Assembly: GCF_033153115.1 (NCBI RefSeq)
Contig: NW_026889779.1
Span: forward strand, 23,002,001-23,066,000
DNA: 64,000 nucleotides
Direction of reading: 5' to 3'
Source: Saccostrea echinata
Lineage: Eukaryota
Part shown: in pieces, positions 37,001 to 46,863 of the stretch
Position numbering within the stretch: the first letter of the stretch is position 1
How the letters are laid out: each line of letters starts with the position of its first letter
Translations under genes and position numbers: made by a program
The notes under the pieces: model-generated
What the model was told of the DNA's origin: nothing
The model's database searches: none
The model's input: only the letters and a program-made list of their open reading frames with translations

Positions 37001-40000
37001 TTGTTAAGCACACAGCTAGATATATCGTGATAGAGTAGTTTGAACCATTTAATTATTGATCTCCTAAAGTTGAAGAATTCTAAAGTTTTAAAAATAAAGT
37101 TCCAATTGACGGTATCAAAAGCTTTTTCAAAATCTAATAATAAAAGTATGCCAGGAATATTTTCTTCTTCTGTTTTTTGAATCAGATCATAAATAAGATG
37201 AGTGCATTCTCCGATATACCTGTTTTTAATGAAACCCACCTGTGTTTGACTTACAAGTTTTGAAATGTATTTTTTAACCCTGTTTGCAATGCATGCAGAA
37301 GTTAACTTATAATCCACATTAAGAAGAGATATCGGTCGCCAATTCTTTAAATACAGTTTTGATTTGCCACTTTTAGGAAGGCAGGTTATCACTCCCTGTC
37401 TTTGTGAAACCGACAGGGAATCTATAGCATATGCATAGTTTATAGAGTTAAGTAAATACTTATATATATCTTTCCAGAAGAATTTATAGAATTCATATGT
37501 AAAACCATCAAGTCCCGGTGATTTTCCGTTTTTTGCATTTTGTAATGCAAAAAGAAGTTCCTCTTTTGTGATTAGTCCTTTTAGTTCATTTTTTTCATCT
37601 TCTGTAAGCTTTTCAATATACTCATTTTTATTGTCAAAAAAAATTTCATCATGTTCTTTTGTTATTATGTGATCACCAGCAGTATACAACTCTTTATAAA
37701 AAATTTCCTGAGCCTTTAAAATTTCTGAAAGTTGTGTGATTTCAAAGTCATCAATTATAATTTTGGGGATGATTTTTTCTGTATAATTTCGTTTCTCCAG
37801 GTTACAGAAATATTTGGTACTTTTCTCCCCTTCTACATTCCATTTTGCCTTTGCCCTGATAACAATACCTTTCACTTTGTCTTCTCTTATTTGCTTTAAC
37901 TCATTTTCTGTTTTAACGGTTTCTAATTTAATTTCCTCTGAAAGGGGCTTTTCATACAGACTTTGTAATTTTTTCTCAAGCCCTACCTCTGTTTTATCTC
38001 TACTGCGTTTCTTAAATGAGGTATATGATATGGTTTTGCCTCTTATCATTAATTTTAAAGTTTCCCAAAGTAATTGATCACTAATTGTACAGCTATTATT
38101 TGTATCATATTGAGAAATAGTTTCTGAAATGCATTCTTTAACAATTTGGACATAGGTCTGAACATATAGTAAACTATTATTAAATTTCCAGCTGCCTCTT
38201 CCTCGAATTTGGTTTGTGAACTTGAAGCAAATTTCAATAAAAGAGTGATCAGACTTGTACGCATACCCGATGTCGGATTTCATCGTACAAGGTTGGAGAT
38301 CAGCGGAGATTAAGAAGTAATCTAATCTAGCCTGCTTGCTCTTCGGGCCATGCCATGTAAATCTAGATATATCAGGGTTATTTTCCCTCCATATATCAAT
38401 CAGATCCAAATCTGGTATCATTTCTAAAATATTTTATAATATTAATTTTAAAAAAAACCAAAAAACAATCAGTCCTAGTTTCAAGAAAACTTTTGAAAAG
38501 CAAATTCTTTTTTGAATTAGTACCAAAACCCTATAAAGAACTACAACAGTTATGTAGTACATAAGATCAAGTACATTATTAATTTGACCCTGTCTTTCAG
38601 TGCTATATCAGTACTTTGATTTGTATGTGTGTACCTTGCACTTCTTCCTCTTCACTTTCTTCCATCTCTTCTTCAACTTCCTCCTCATCTTCCTGGTCCT
38701 CTTCGTCCTCCTCATCTTCCTGGACCTCTTCGTCCTCCTCATCTTCCTGGTCCTCTTCATCATCATTTTCTTCATCTTCACTTGCCTCCTCATCCTCTTC
38801 AACTCCTACAAGAGGTCCATACATTACATGTTGTTAGTCCCAGGTTTGAACTGTAGCAGTGTGAAATAAACATTATATTTAAGATTTTAAAAAAAATACT
38901 AAAAAGATGACTTCAGATTCTGTTTGGAAAATTTAAACACTTGTTGTATTGTGAGGGAGATATGAAGAGTTATTCAACCAAGAAAAATTATACTCATGTG
39001 AAATATGAAATCCCTAGCACTAACCGTTCACAAGTTATGACCAAGGTTAAAATTTTTTAAAAGTAGGCCAAACTCTAAAGTTTAGGTCAAGAGATCAAAA
39101 ATTTTGGTACCAAAAGATAGGTGTTGTCACGATGGATACATGTGAAGCCCTAACACCAACAATTCAAAAGTTATGGCCAAGGTCAAGACAAACTGAAAAC
39201 TATTTGCCCTGATACATTTCTGATTACAGGGCATAAAAAAGGCTCTGAAATACTTACTGCAAGTTTTTTACCATTCTGACAATTCTAAGAGTTCTTTTGT
39301 CCAGTACATTGGATATTTACTTCTCAATAGGAATGTTGAATCTACTAATGCCAGACACTGCAACTGATTCTCGGCCAAGAACGGTGACTCAGATAAGAAA
39401 ACATAAGAGTGTTCAGAAGGAGTGGGATATCATATTTCTTCCCGGGATACTTGACTTTTTCAGTCATGTGAGTGTCTACTAAAAGTCAGCCCATCATTTA
39501 GCTTAGAACATTCTGCAGATTAAATTATGACTGAAGATTAATGAACGAGAGGGATAGTGAACTCTAAACAAAGAATTTGCTTGTCTGTAAAGAAGTAGAG
39601 ACATTCCAAGGGGAAAGTAAAAATACTATAAATGATACTGGGCAAAGAGAAATGGAATTTATTCCGTATTATTCTCTTTTATCCCTCATTTTAAAATATA
39701 TTTCTAGGCCATTGCACACCCTTTACCCATAAACACTGGGGGAAGTATAAGCCCATCTGTTTATGCTTGGTATCTACTAACTTACCCATACAACAAACTT
39801 TTGTCATAAATATCCCATGCATAATCATAATTACCTCACACTCTCCGTCTGAGTCATTCTCCACTGCTTTTAAAATAAATTGACTCTTCGTTGTGAATCT
39901 TCATCATCGGTTACTAGTACATAATATATACTTTTTTTATCATGTACAATTCTTTGTCTTAATCAATTATAAAAGCCTGAAGGAGATTTATTATTTAGGA

Positions 40001-43000
40001 TTTGCCTGTTTCCCAGTCCTTAGTGATTTTATTCAATAAATGTGCTTAAATTCAGACAATTTCTGATCTTTAGATCAAGCTTAGTTTAGATTATCAAATC
40101 ATTGACTGATATCTTACCGGAGTCTTCCTGAACACCCAGCTGTCTGTTGATCATGGCCTGCCTCTCTGGGGGTATGTAATCCCCCTCCTCCTCCTCAACA
40201 AATGGGGACAAGTGGGGAGGGAGGGTTGCCCCTGGAAAGTAGTGCTCAACTGGGACCAGACTATTAGCATTCACACTGTCAAACACCCACTGTGGTTGTA
40301 CATAGTACCTACAGAAAATCAGGGCACAAATAAAGGCACACTGTCAAACACCTTAGTACTGTGGTTGTACATAGTACCTACAGAATATCAAGTTACAAAT
40401 TAAGGCACATAGTGATAGTCAAACACCTACTGTGGTATTATGTAGTTCTTGAAAACAATACATGGCCCAAATGTGTATCACTAATTCAAGATTACGCCAA
40501 CCACTCAATACCTATAGTGACTGTGCTAAATTTTGAATATATCAATTTATGTACACATACAGTAATTCATAGACATATTATTTTTCTAGAAAATTATTCC
40601 CTGTCTCACTTGACCTCAGAACAATCTACTTTATTTTGCTATAAATAAATGTAATTACAGTCCGGGTGTTATAATGCAATGACTCCTTACCGGGAGAGAT
40701 ATTGGTTCTTTGTCTGAGGTCTGTCCACGATCTGGTGTGTAATGGTTTCGTCAGACTCTGGGAATGTCGCTCCTACAGCAACAGACTTATGCCAGGATAC
40801 TTCTCCTCCAAAGCTCCTATAACAGAGTACATAGAGTACATAGTTACACATCTCAAAAACAGTCACAAATACACAAAACACACCTTAGATACAATACTCC
40901 TTTATTTTCTTTTGTGAATGATGCATATTCTCAAATATCAACTTGTTGGTACATGGTTTGACTCATGTTTATATTTTTCATTGTACATGTTAATGTTTCT
41001 CCCTTTTAAAACCTTTAAACCTTCCACTCACAATATTTTACTACCTGTAGTTTTCTCCTGATTTACCTGATAATGAATACTAATGTTTCCCTGGGTACCT
41101 CTCTATTTAGGAAGAATTTCTTTCCTTTGAATAAATTTTGTAATTTTTTCACTCTCTCAGCTTCCACTTTAGCTTTCTCAACTCGATCTGGGTCATCAGT
41201 CTAAATAAATACATTTAGGTCATATATTACTGCGAAATCATTTTAATTCGTGCGGGTAAATGTTCATCGCCAATTAAACTTTTATTGGTTCCTGGGGATG
41301 TAATTTCTTGGGTACACTCGTATATAGAAAAGATTCCATTAATATATATTTTGACAAAATAATTGTTTCTTGGTCCCCCATGAACAATGATGATTCCACA
41401 GTACTACCAAGGAGTGTAATATAAAAATTGATATCAAGAGTCATTCAACTTGAGTTCTGTACATCCATGTTTTAAGACAAAATATATTTAAGCAATGTAC
41501 CTTTGTAATAAATATATGTTGTAAAAAAAGTGTTCTGAGTTACAAGGCTAAAAATTCACCTAATGGTTGAAATATTATAATATATGAATACATGTATACT
41601 GAGTAAATTGAGGCAAGTGGTGAATCTTTTAAAAGTATTGTGCTTAGATAAGGAGAGACTTACCTCAGTGGCAGGAAACTCGTCTAATTGAACCTCATCC
41701 TCTCCCCCACCCTCGTCTATAGACTTCAGAGACTGAGAAAAGGCTGATAATCTCTGGAAAAAAAGAGAATGGCCAAACAGTACTGGATAATAGATATTTT
41801 CAGGAAAAGGGAAAGATTAATGAGCTAAGTCATTTCTATTCATATAAAAATGTCGAAAAACTACATTCTAGTACATGTACTTGTGAAGTTGTTTGAATCA
41901 AAAACAAAAAAGTGTGCTTGAAAACTAAATATCAGACCATTACACATAAAATCTATAGACAGAAGGGCATATTTAACACATGAAATGGTAAAATGAAACT
42001 ACTGATTGAAGGCAATGCAAAGAATTGCATTGTATACTTTAGTCTACATCACTGACTCACCTCTTGAAATCGTTCCTTTTCTGTCATTTTTTCCTCACTC
42101 TCATCAGCAGGGGCGTCTGTCTCCAACTCTAGCTGATATTAAAATATAGTAATTCATGTCACAATTAAATTAATATGTTATCAACTATTGGAAAACAGAA
42201 TAATCAGCTAATCAGCAACAAAACTGACTTAATTAATTATCAAACAATGAAATCTCATCCATTACACTGCAAAGTATACTTTTGTGTCTGTGGGATAGCT
42301 ATTACACATTAATTTAAGTACCAGGGTAATACCAGGAGTAACCAGGGTATACTAGTGGGTGATCCACACTACGAATAATGATTAGGCACAGCCTTATTCT
42401 GACATATATTATCCTCATTTCAAATATAAACAAATTACTTTAAATAATGTAAGATTTAAATTTAGTAAGCTAAATTGCATGTTGAGATGGCACAGCTGCA
42501 TGCCTGAAGAGAGTGTATTTTTTGATGACTAGTGCAAATGCATTTTTTTTTTTACAATGAACCAAGAGTACACTTTGGAGAGCGTTGATATTCCATTCAT
42601 ACTGTGCTTGTACACCTTTCCTGTCAGATGAGATTGTGGCACTGTGGTAAAAGTGTACCTTTGGTGGGTAGTGTTTTTGGCACTGTGGTAAAAGTGTACC
42701 TTTGGTGGGTAGTGTGTGGCACTGTGGTAAAAGTGTACCTTTGGTGGGTAGTGTTTTTGGCACTGTGGTAAAAGTGTACCTTTGGTGGGTAGTGTGTGGC
42801 ACTATGGTAAAAGTGTACCTTTGGTGGGTAGTGTTTTTGGCACTGTGGTAAAAGTGTACCCTTGGTGGGTAGTGTGTGGCACTGTGGTAAAAGTGTACCT
42901 TTGGTGGGTAGAGTGTGGCACTGTGTTAAAAGTGTACCTTTGGTGGGTAGTGTGAGGCACTGTGTTAAAAGTGTACCCTTGGTGGGTAGTGTGTGGCACT

Positions 43001-45988
43001 GTGTTAAAAGTGTACCCTTGGTGGGTAGTATGTGGCACTGTGGTAAAAGTGTACCCTTGGTGGGTAGTGTGTGGCACTTGATAAAAGTGTACCTTTAATG
43101 GGTAGTGTGTGGCACTGTGGTAAAAGTGTACCTTTGGTGGGTAGTGTAAGTTCAGGCTGTGGTAGAGCTTGTAGTTTATAAATCCCAGTAATGTTGTGTA
43201 AAGTTCTACAAAAGTCTGCATCACTTTGTAGTCCACATCTTCTGGATGCTAAAAAAAATTACAAACTCGATAAGATAAATTTTTCACATGGTTATATACA
43301 TAGTCTAAATATCAACATCCTAATTATACAGAACATGAGAAACCCTAGACTGTACGAATGTGGTACCAAAAACCCAATGTCTGCCTCATCAGCTCATCTA
43401 TCTGAAATCGCAATCTTGCATTGTCGAAAATCAATATGGTATTTGATCAATACCGAAAATATTTATATAACATTACCAAATACTTTATCAGATAATTACC
43501 GAAACACATCTTCGCTAGCCAAGGGTTTCTGATCCGCTACTCTCCTCATGGAGAGTAGCATATCAGAAACCCTTGGCTAGCGAAGATGACCAAAACAATG
43601 TTTACCCAAATCAACTGTCTATCTTATAACATCACAATTACTATGCCTGAGATCCTACACTGTGAGGCACCAAACAAGTCAAGGCTGTCTCGTGACCTTA
43701 TCTTACCTGAAATCATAGAAACTGAAAACCACCCGATTCATTGTCTAATAACATCACTATACCTGAAATCCTAAACTGTGAGGTACCACCCAAGTCAAAG
43801 GCTGTCCCATCACTTCTGCCTGATAGTATATTCCTTTTATGGAAATGAAAACCTTTTAAGAAAAGAAAAATATTAATTTTACATTATATATTTAATACAA
43901 TAATGGATACATGTGATGAAATTTCTGTAAAGTATCTGCTATTTTATGTCAAGCTGATTCATGATTTCATCTGGATATACTTACCTTTCTTAGTGATCGT
44001 GATGCTATAATATAATGCATAAACTCCACTGGAATATGAAAAATTAACATTAATAAACAATTTACATAGATTAATCGTATATTACATTTCAGTTCGATTT
44101 CATAAATAAATTTGACAGAATATGATTTACAACCCATAAGTCCTTCACACAAGTTAACCTGGTAAGTCTTCTAGAAATAAGATTTACTTTGAAAGCTGTA
44201 TAGTTATATTTACTTTAAGAACTTTCATATTAGTTGATAATTTACCTGTGAGTTTCCGGGCATGGTTGATGTACTCCATGTGTATCCGTGCACTCTGTGG
44301 CATTGTGCCAAACAGAAAACACATGGACAGACAATCATCAAGGTCTCCCAGTGCATCTTGAAATGAAGGATATCTGCAAAAGTAGAATACATATACTCCT
44401 TATCTGAGTAAACTGTCCATCATCTGTCTACACTTTAATGTGTTTCTCTTTCTTAGAACCACTTGCCAATGGCCAAATTCAAACAAAATTTTCCCAAAGC
44501 AGATATTGGATATGGGACTGATTTCTTCTTTCAAATAATGGGCCATGTTCATTTTCAAAACAGATAATCATATAATCATCACCAAAAGTGTCCGAGAAAA
44601 ACAGCTCTACTTGTTTAAACATGATCGTGAGAGAAAGTTGAACTTGGAATCATAAAATTTCTTGTTTGAGTTTTACATTTAATGAATTATGAATGATGTT
44701 TCTAAAGGTGTTTCAACTTTTACGGATATCCACTCAAAATTGTAAAAGGAGTGGCAATTTGAAAGAACTTCACAAATCAATAAATTATTAATGACTGTGG
44801 TAACTCCATTCATCAAACCAAAAACAGATTGATAGATGTCTTCCTCTTGCGTATCATGTTTTCCTTCAATGGTTCAATGTTGATTTAAAAGATGTTGCCT
44901 TACCTTTCCTTCACAATGTGGTCAACTTTATACTTGGGCTTGTTGCTGCGGATTCTTTGCTCTGCATCTTTGTTTCTTTTATTGATGGCCTTCTTAAGAC
45001 GCCTTACAAAGTGCTACATTAAAATACATAACGTCATCATAATAATTTTAACTCAGGTAGAACTAAACAGCTTTTTATATTTATCATTTTCAGCAGATTG
45101 CTGACCTTGAACTCCCTGAACTTGTTAATGATTGGTTCATGAGCCAGGAAGTTGATGTCTTTGACTAGGTAGTACGTCTTTGGAACGGTGCTTCCTTTGT
45201 TTACTCGCTTTTTGTGTTTGGGTTCATGAGGATATATTCCTTTCAGAATGCATAAGCGTCTTCAAAAGAATAAGAAGTTTGCATCCCATAATTTACATTT
45301 AATTTTTTTTTCACTAATGAAGCTACAAGATATATCTATGTATTAAAAAACATATGATACATGACTGGAATTTAACCTATTCCCTGATAGTGTTCAAACA
45401 GTGTTACCTGAAATCTGCCAGTGTCAGCTGAAGTTTGTTGACAGCTTGATTTCTGGACATAAACGCTGTAGCTTCTCCTCGTTCATACTGCAACATACAA
45501 AACCAGACTTGACCAAAACAATAAACATACATACTCATTTTAATTTCTGTTGTCTTTCTTATATGTCATCAGACTCAATGTCAATATATATCCTCATACA
45601 TGCATAGAACCAAAAAAAAAAAAAAAGAAAAAGAGTATCTGATGTTTAATTGTTTAAAATTGCTGAAAGCCATGCTGCATATTATAAATATATACATAAT
45701 ATGCTGTACTGAAAAAAATAACATTTGTAAATTGTTATATGTAGTTTTAATAACCATGTACAGGTGATCTCTGTTATCTTCAACTCTGATATCTCAAATG
45801 CCATGGATATGTCAAAGTGAGTTATTTCTGGATTGATAGTTTTTAATATTGTCAATTGATACAATATTTTGGCGTCGATACTGTACCTGTGGTTTTTTAA
45901 CTCTATGTTTTGCCGAATAAATGATCTCTTTAGAGTAAAAAAATCAATTAATAACAACACAAACCTTCTTTTTCCTCTCTCCTCCCAT
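34008..45988 (-). CDS. PES1: Pescadillo homologue (PeBoW complex, 60S biogenesis; BRCT domain), 17 coding exons
   Basis: Exons 45965-45988, 45408-45487, 45106-45259, 44904-45013, 44246-44373, 43985-44028, 43763-43852, 43132-43248, 42061-42132, 41664-41753, 41067-41200, 40691-40816, 40118-40308, 38635-38805, 34798-34859, 34208-34375, 34008-34085. Peptides [94 protein letters not shown]. Confidence 0.97.
34972..38433 (-). mobile_element. 5'-truncated L1/Tx1-clade LINE in PES1 intron 14, same orientation as host
   Basis: Uninterrupted ORF 35149-38421, 3' UTR with AATAAA (35020-35015) and short A tail (~34978-34972); no clear TSD found. Confidence 0.9.
35149..38421 (-). CDS. LINE ORF2 (C-terminal part of APE endonuclease, reverse transcriptase, C-terminal zinc-binding motif), 1090 aa
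   Basis: RLDYFLIS...SDH (APE C-terminus), [49 protein letters not shown]...HLLCLC. Confidence 0.93.
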   Translation of the reverse strand: MIPDLDLIDIWRENNPDISRFTWHGPKSKQARLDYFLISADLQPCTMKSDIGYAYKSDHSFIEICFKFTNQIRGRGSWKFNNSLLYVQTYVQIVKECISETISQYDTNNSCTISDQLLWETLKLMIRGKTISYTSFKKRSRDKTEVGLEKKLQSLYEKPLSEEIKLETVKTENELKQIREDKVKGIVIRAKAKWNVEGEKSTKYFCNLEKRNYTEKIIPKIIIDDFEITQLSEILKAQEIFYKELYTAGDHIITKEHDEIFFDNKNEYIEKLTEDEKNELKGLITKEELLFALQNAKNGKSPGLDGFTYEFYKFFWKDIYKYLLNSINYAYAIDSLSVSQRQGVITCLPKSGKSKLYLKNWRPISLLNVDYKLTSACIANRVKKYISKLVSQTQVGFIKNRYIGECTHLIYDLIQKTEEENIPGILLLLDFEKAFDTVNWNFIFKTLEFFNFRRSIIKWFKLLYHDISSCVLNNGHFSSFFTIGRGVRQGDPLSPYLFILVVELLSASLKNNPDIKGININDSEYLVSQYADDTSLALADDEKSLNLALKCINSFAACSGLKPNFEKTQALWIGAKRGCGQEINTKENIMWNDDGKFKLLGITFELNKPDITYNNYEEKLQAVKKLIHDWSFRNLTLIGKVTVLKTLVLPILVQLFTVLPDPPADFLKKLQNMFFEFIWEGKPDKIKRTVLYNSTENGGLKVPYLASFCQALKISWVKKVLDSSINSPWKLLLLDTTQKFGNEKMWYFRYEGLETISNKFYPFWKSVLIAWGKVGQNSTTAPCEILSQPLWLNSDIKVGKKYVFKRKWIANGIFFINDLIMENGNFMNFIQFKNAYNLNINFVEYNGLLSAIPKYWKQTIKHHQKLNEIKSENILKLQKNMKVTKHFYKKFVEKITESPSMALKKWEEKLSIHINENKWKDSFSLPYLITKDTKLRCFQFKLLHQIIFTNSKLMKCKLAETELCSFCHDTIETIIHLLCLCPYSVTLWSNLRDKLRNTCGLIIKFTAEEIIFGYKSSSETEFRTLNIIILVAKQYIMNCKWKNITPSFYAYLEVLRYYRTIELFSSFSLSHKKADMIKQSWDFLKTFLSQ
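38680..38760 (-). repeat. Coding 27-bp tandem repeat (x3) in the PES1 acidic exon
   Basis: GAAGAGG(A/T)CCAGGAAGATGAGGAGGAC repeated, encoding EE(D/V)QEDEED. Confidence 0.85.
40273..40455 (-). repeat. Three ~69-bp diverged copies spanning the PES1 exon 13 acceptor
   Basis: CTGTAG|GTACTATGTACAACCACAG...GTGTTTGAC repeated upstream of the true acceptor at 40308. Confidence 0.8.
42637..43146 (-). repeat. 38-41-bp minisatellite made of the PES1 exon 8 end plus donor (13 copies)
   Basis: Minus-strand unit CACTACCCACCAAAG|GTACACTTTTACCACAGTGCCACA; the distal part alternates 39 and 41 bp. Confidence 0.95.
43507..43588. mobile_element. 82-bp foldback MITE with 9-bp TSD (Mutator-like)
   Basis: Near-perfect palindrome CATCTTCGCTAGCCAAGGGTTTCTGAT...ATCAGAAACCCTTGGCTAGCGAAGATG flanked by ACCGAAACA / ACCAAAACA. 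Confidence 0.75.
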
Positions 45989-46260
45989 GTCACACGTGTT
46001 TTTGTGTACGATTTCTCGTTGAAAAGGGAAATAACTGAACTTTGTTTAGCGAACCCGATTGAAATTAAATTTCTACTTCTTCGATTTGTTCAATTGATGG
46101 GGGAAATATAATTTACGTAACGTAAACGTGTTATAAATGAAATGTAAATGTAAATACTAATATCAGTGTTCGTGAAAGAATATTCTAAGTTGGCCCTTTA
46201 AACAAATACCTTTCAAATTTATTTGTCGGGTTTGAAAGTCAATTAATGTAGACGGGTCAA
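45989..46260. promoter_or_regulatory. Bidirectional promoter region PES1/MRPL12 with E-box
   Basis: Only 272 bp between the divergent ATGs; CACGTG at 45993-45998; TTACGTAA at ~46113-46120; locally CpG-rich. Confidence 0.75.
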
Positions 46261-46863
46261 ATGGTCACCATGCTGGCTTACAAAACTATGAGGTCTCACA
46301 GGTCATTACGGATTTGCTACAATGTTGCCCGTCAATTCAACAAACAGAATAGAGAAAGACAGACACAGAGATTATGTTCAATGCAATGGTGTTCCAGAAA
46401 GGAGTACAGTTCTGCGGCAGAACAGTTACAGGAACCGCAAATTCAAGGAACGGAGAAAGAGTACTCACCCAAAATCGAGAGAATCGTGGATGAGATAAGT
46501 CAATTAACTTTACTTGAAGTTTGTGATTTGAATGAACTTTTAAAAACGAGACTAAAGATTAAAGATGGTCCTGTGATGGCTATGGCTGGACCTGCAGTGG
46601 CAGCTCCCAAGGAAGAGGAAGAGGAGGTAGCGCCAAAGAGAGAAAAGAATGCATTCACAGTAAAACTCGTCAAGTTCGACGATTCTAAGAAAATCACTCT
46701 GATAAAGGAACTTAAAAACATCATTCCTGACATTAATCTTGTTCAAGCTAAGAAGTTTGTGGAAGCAGTGCCACAAGTCGTGAAGGCTGATATCATGAAG
46801 GAAGAGGCTGAAAAACTTAAATCGACCATAGAGGCTGTTGGTGGTGTAGTTGAATTAGAATAA
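46261..46863 (+). CDS. MRPL12: Mitochondrial ribosomal protein L12 (bL12m), intronless CDS
   Basis: Arg-rich N-terminal targeting peptide, SPKIERIVDEISQLTLLEVCDLNELLK, Ala-rich hinge, FTVKL...KITLIKE...NLVQAKKFVE...EAEKLK...VGGVVELE. Confidence 0.95.
   Translation: MVTMLAYKTMRSHRSLRICYNVARQFNKQNRERQTQRLCSMQWCSRKEYSSAAEQLQEPQIQGTEKEYSPKIERIVDEISQLTLLEVCDLNELLKTRLKIKDGPVMAMAGPAVAAPKEEEEEVAPKREKNAFTVKLVKFDDSKKITLIKELKNIIPDINLVQAKKFVEAVPQVVKADIMKEEAEKLKSTIEAVGGVVELE

Noticed and set aside
38600-38869. Protamine-like Arg/Lys ORF, poly-Ser ORF and Pro/His ORF
   Set aside because: Alternative-frame and antisense readings of the low-complexity acidic PES1 exon.
39349-39390. 9-nt match to the U2 snRNA 5' region (TTCTCGGCC)
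   Set aside because: Too short and no correctly placed D box; likely chance.
39835-39867. Acidic micro-exon ([11 protein letters not shown]) in PES1 intron 13
   Set aside because: Phases are incompatible with flanking exons (frameshift or TGA); exons 13 and 14 join in frame without it.
42470-43098. Repetitive ORFs (PHTTHQ..., VWHC...)
   Set aside because: Translations of the intronic minisatellite.
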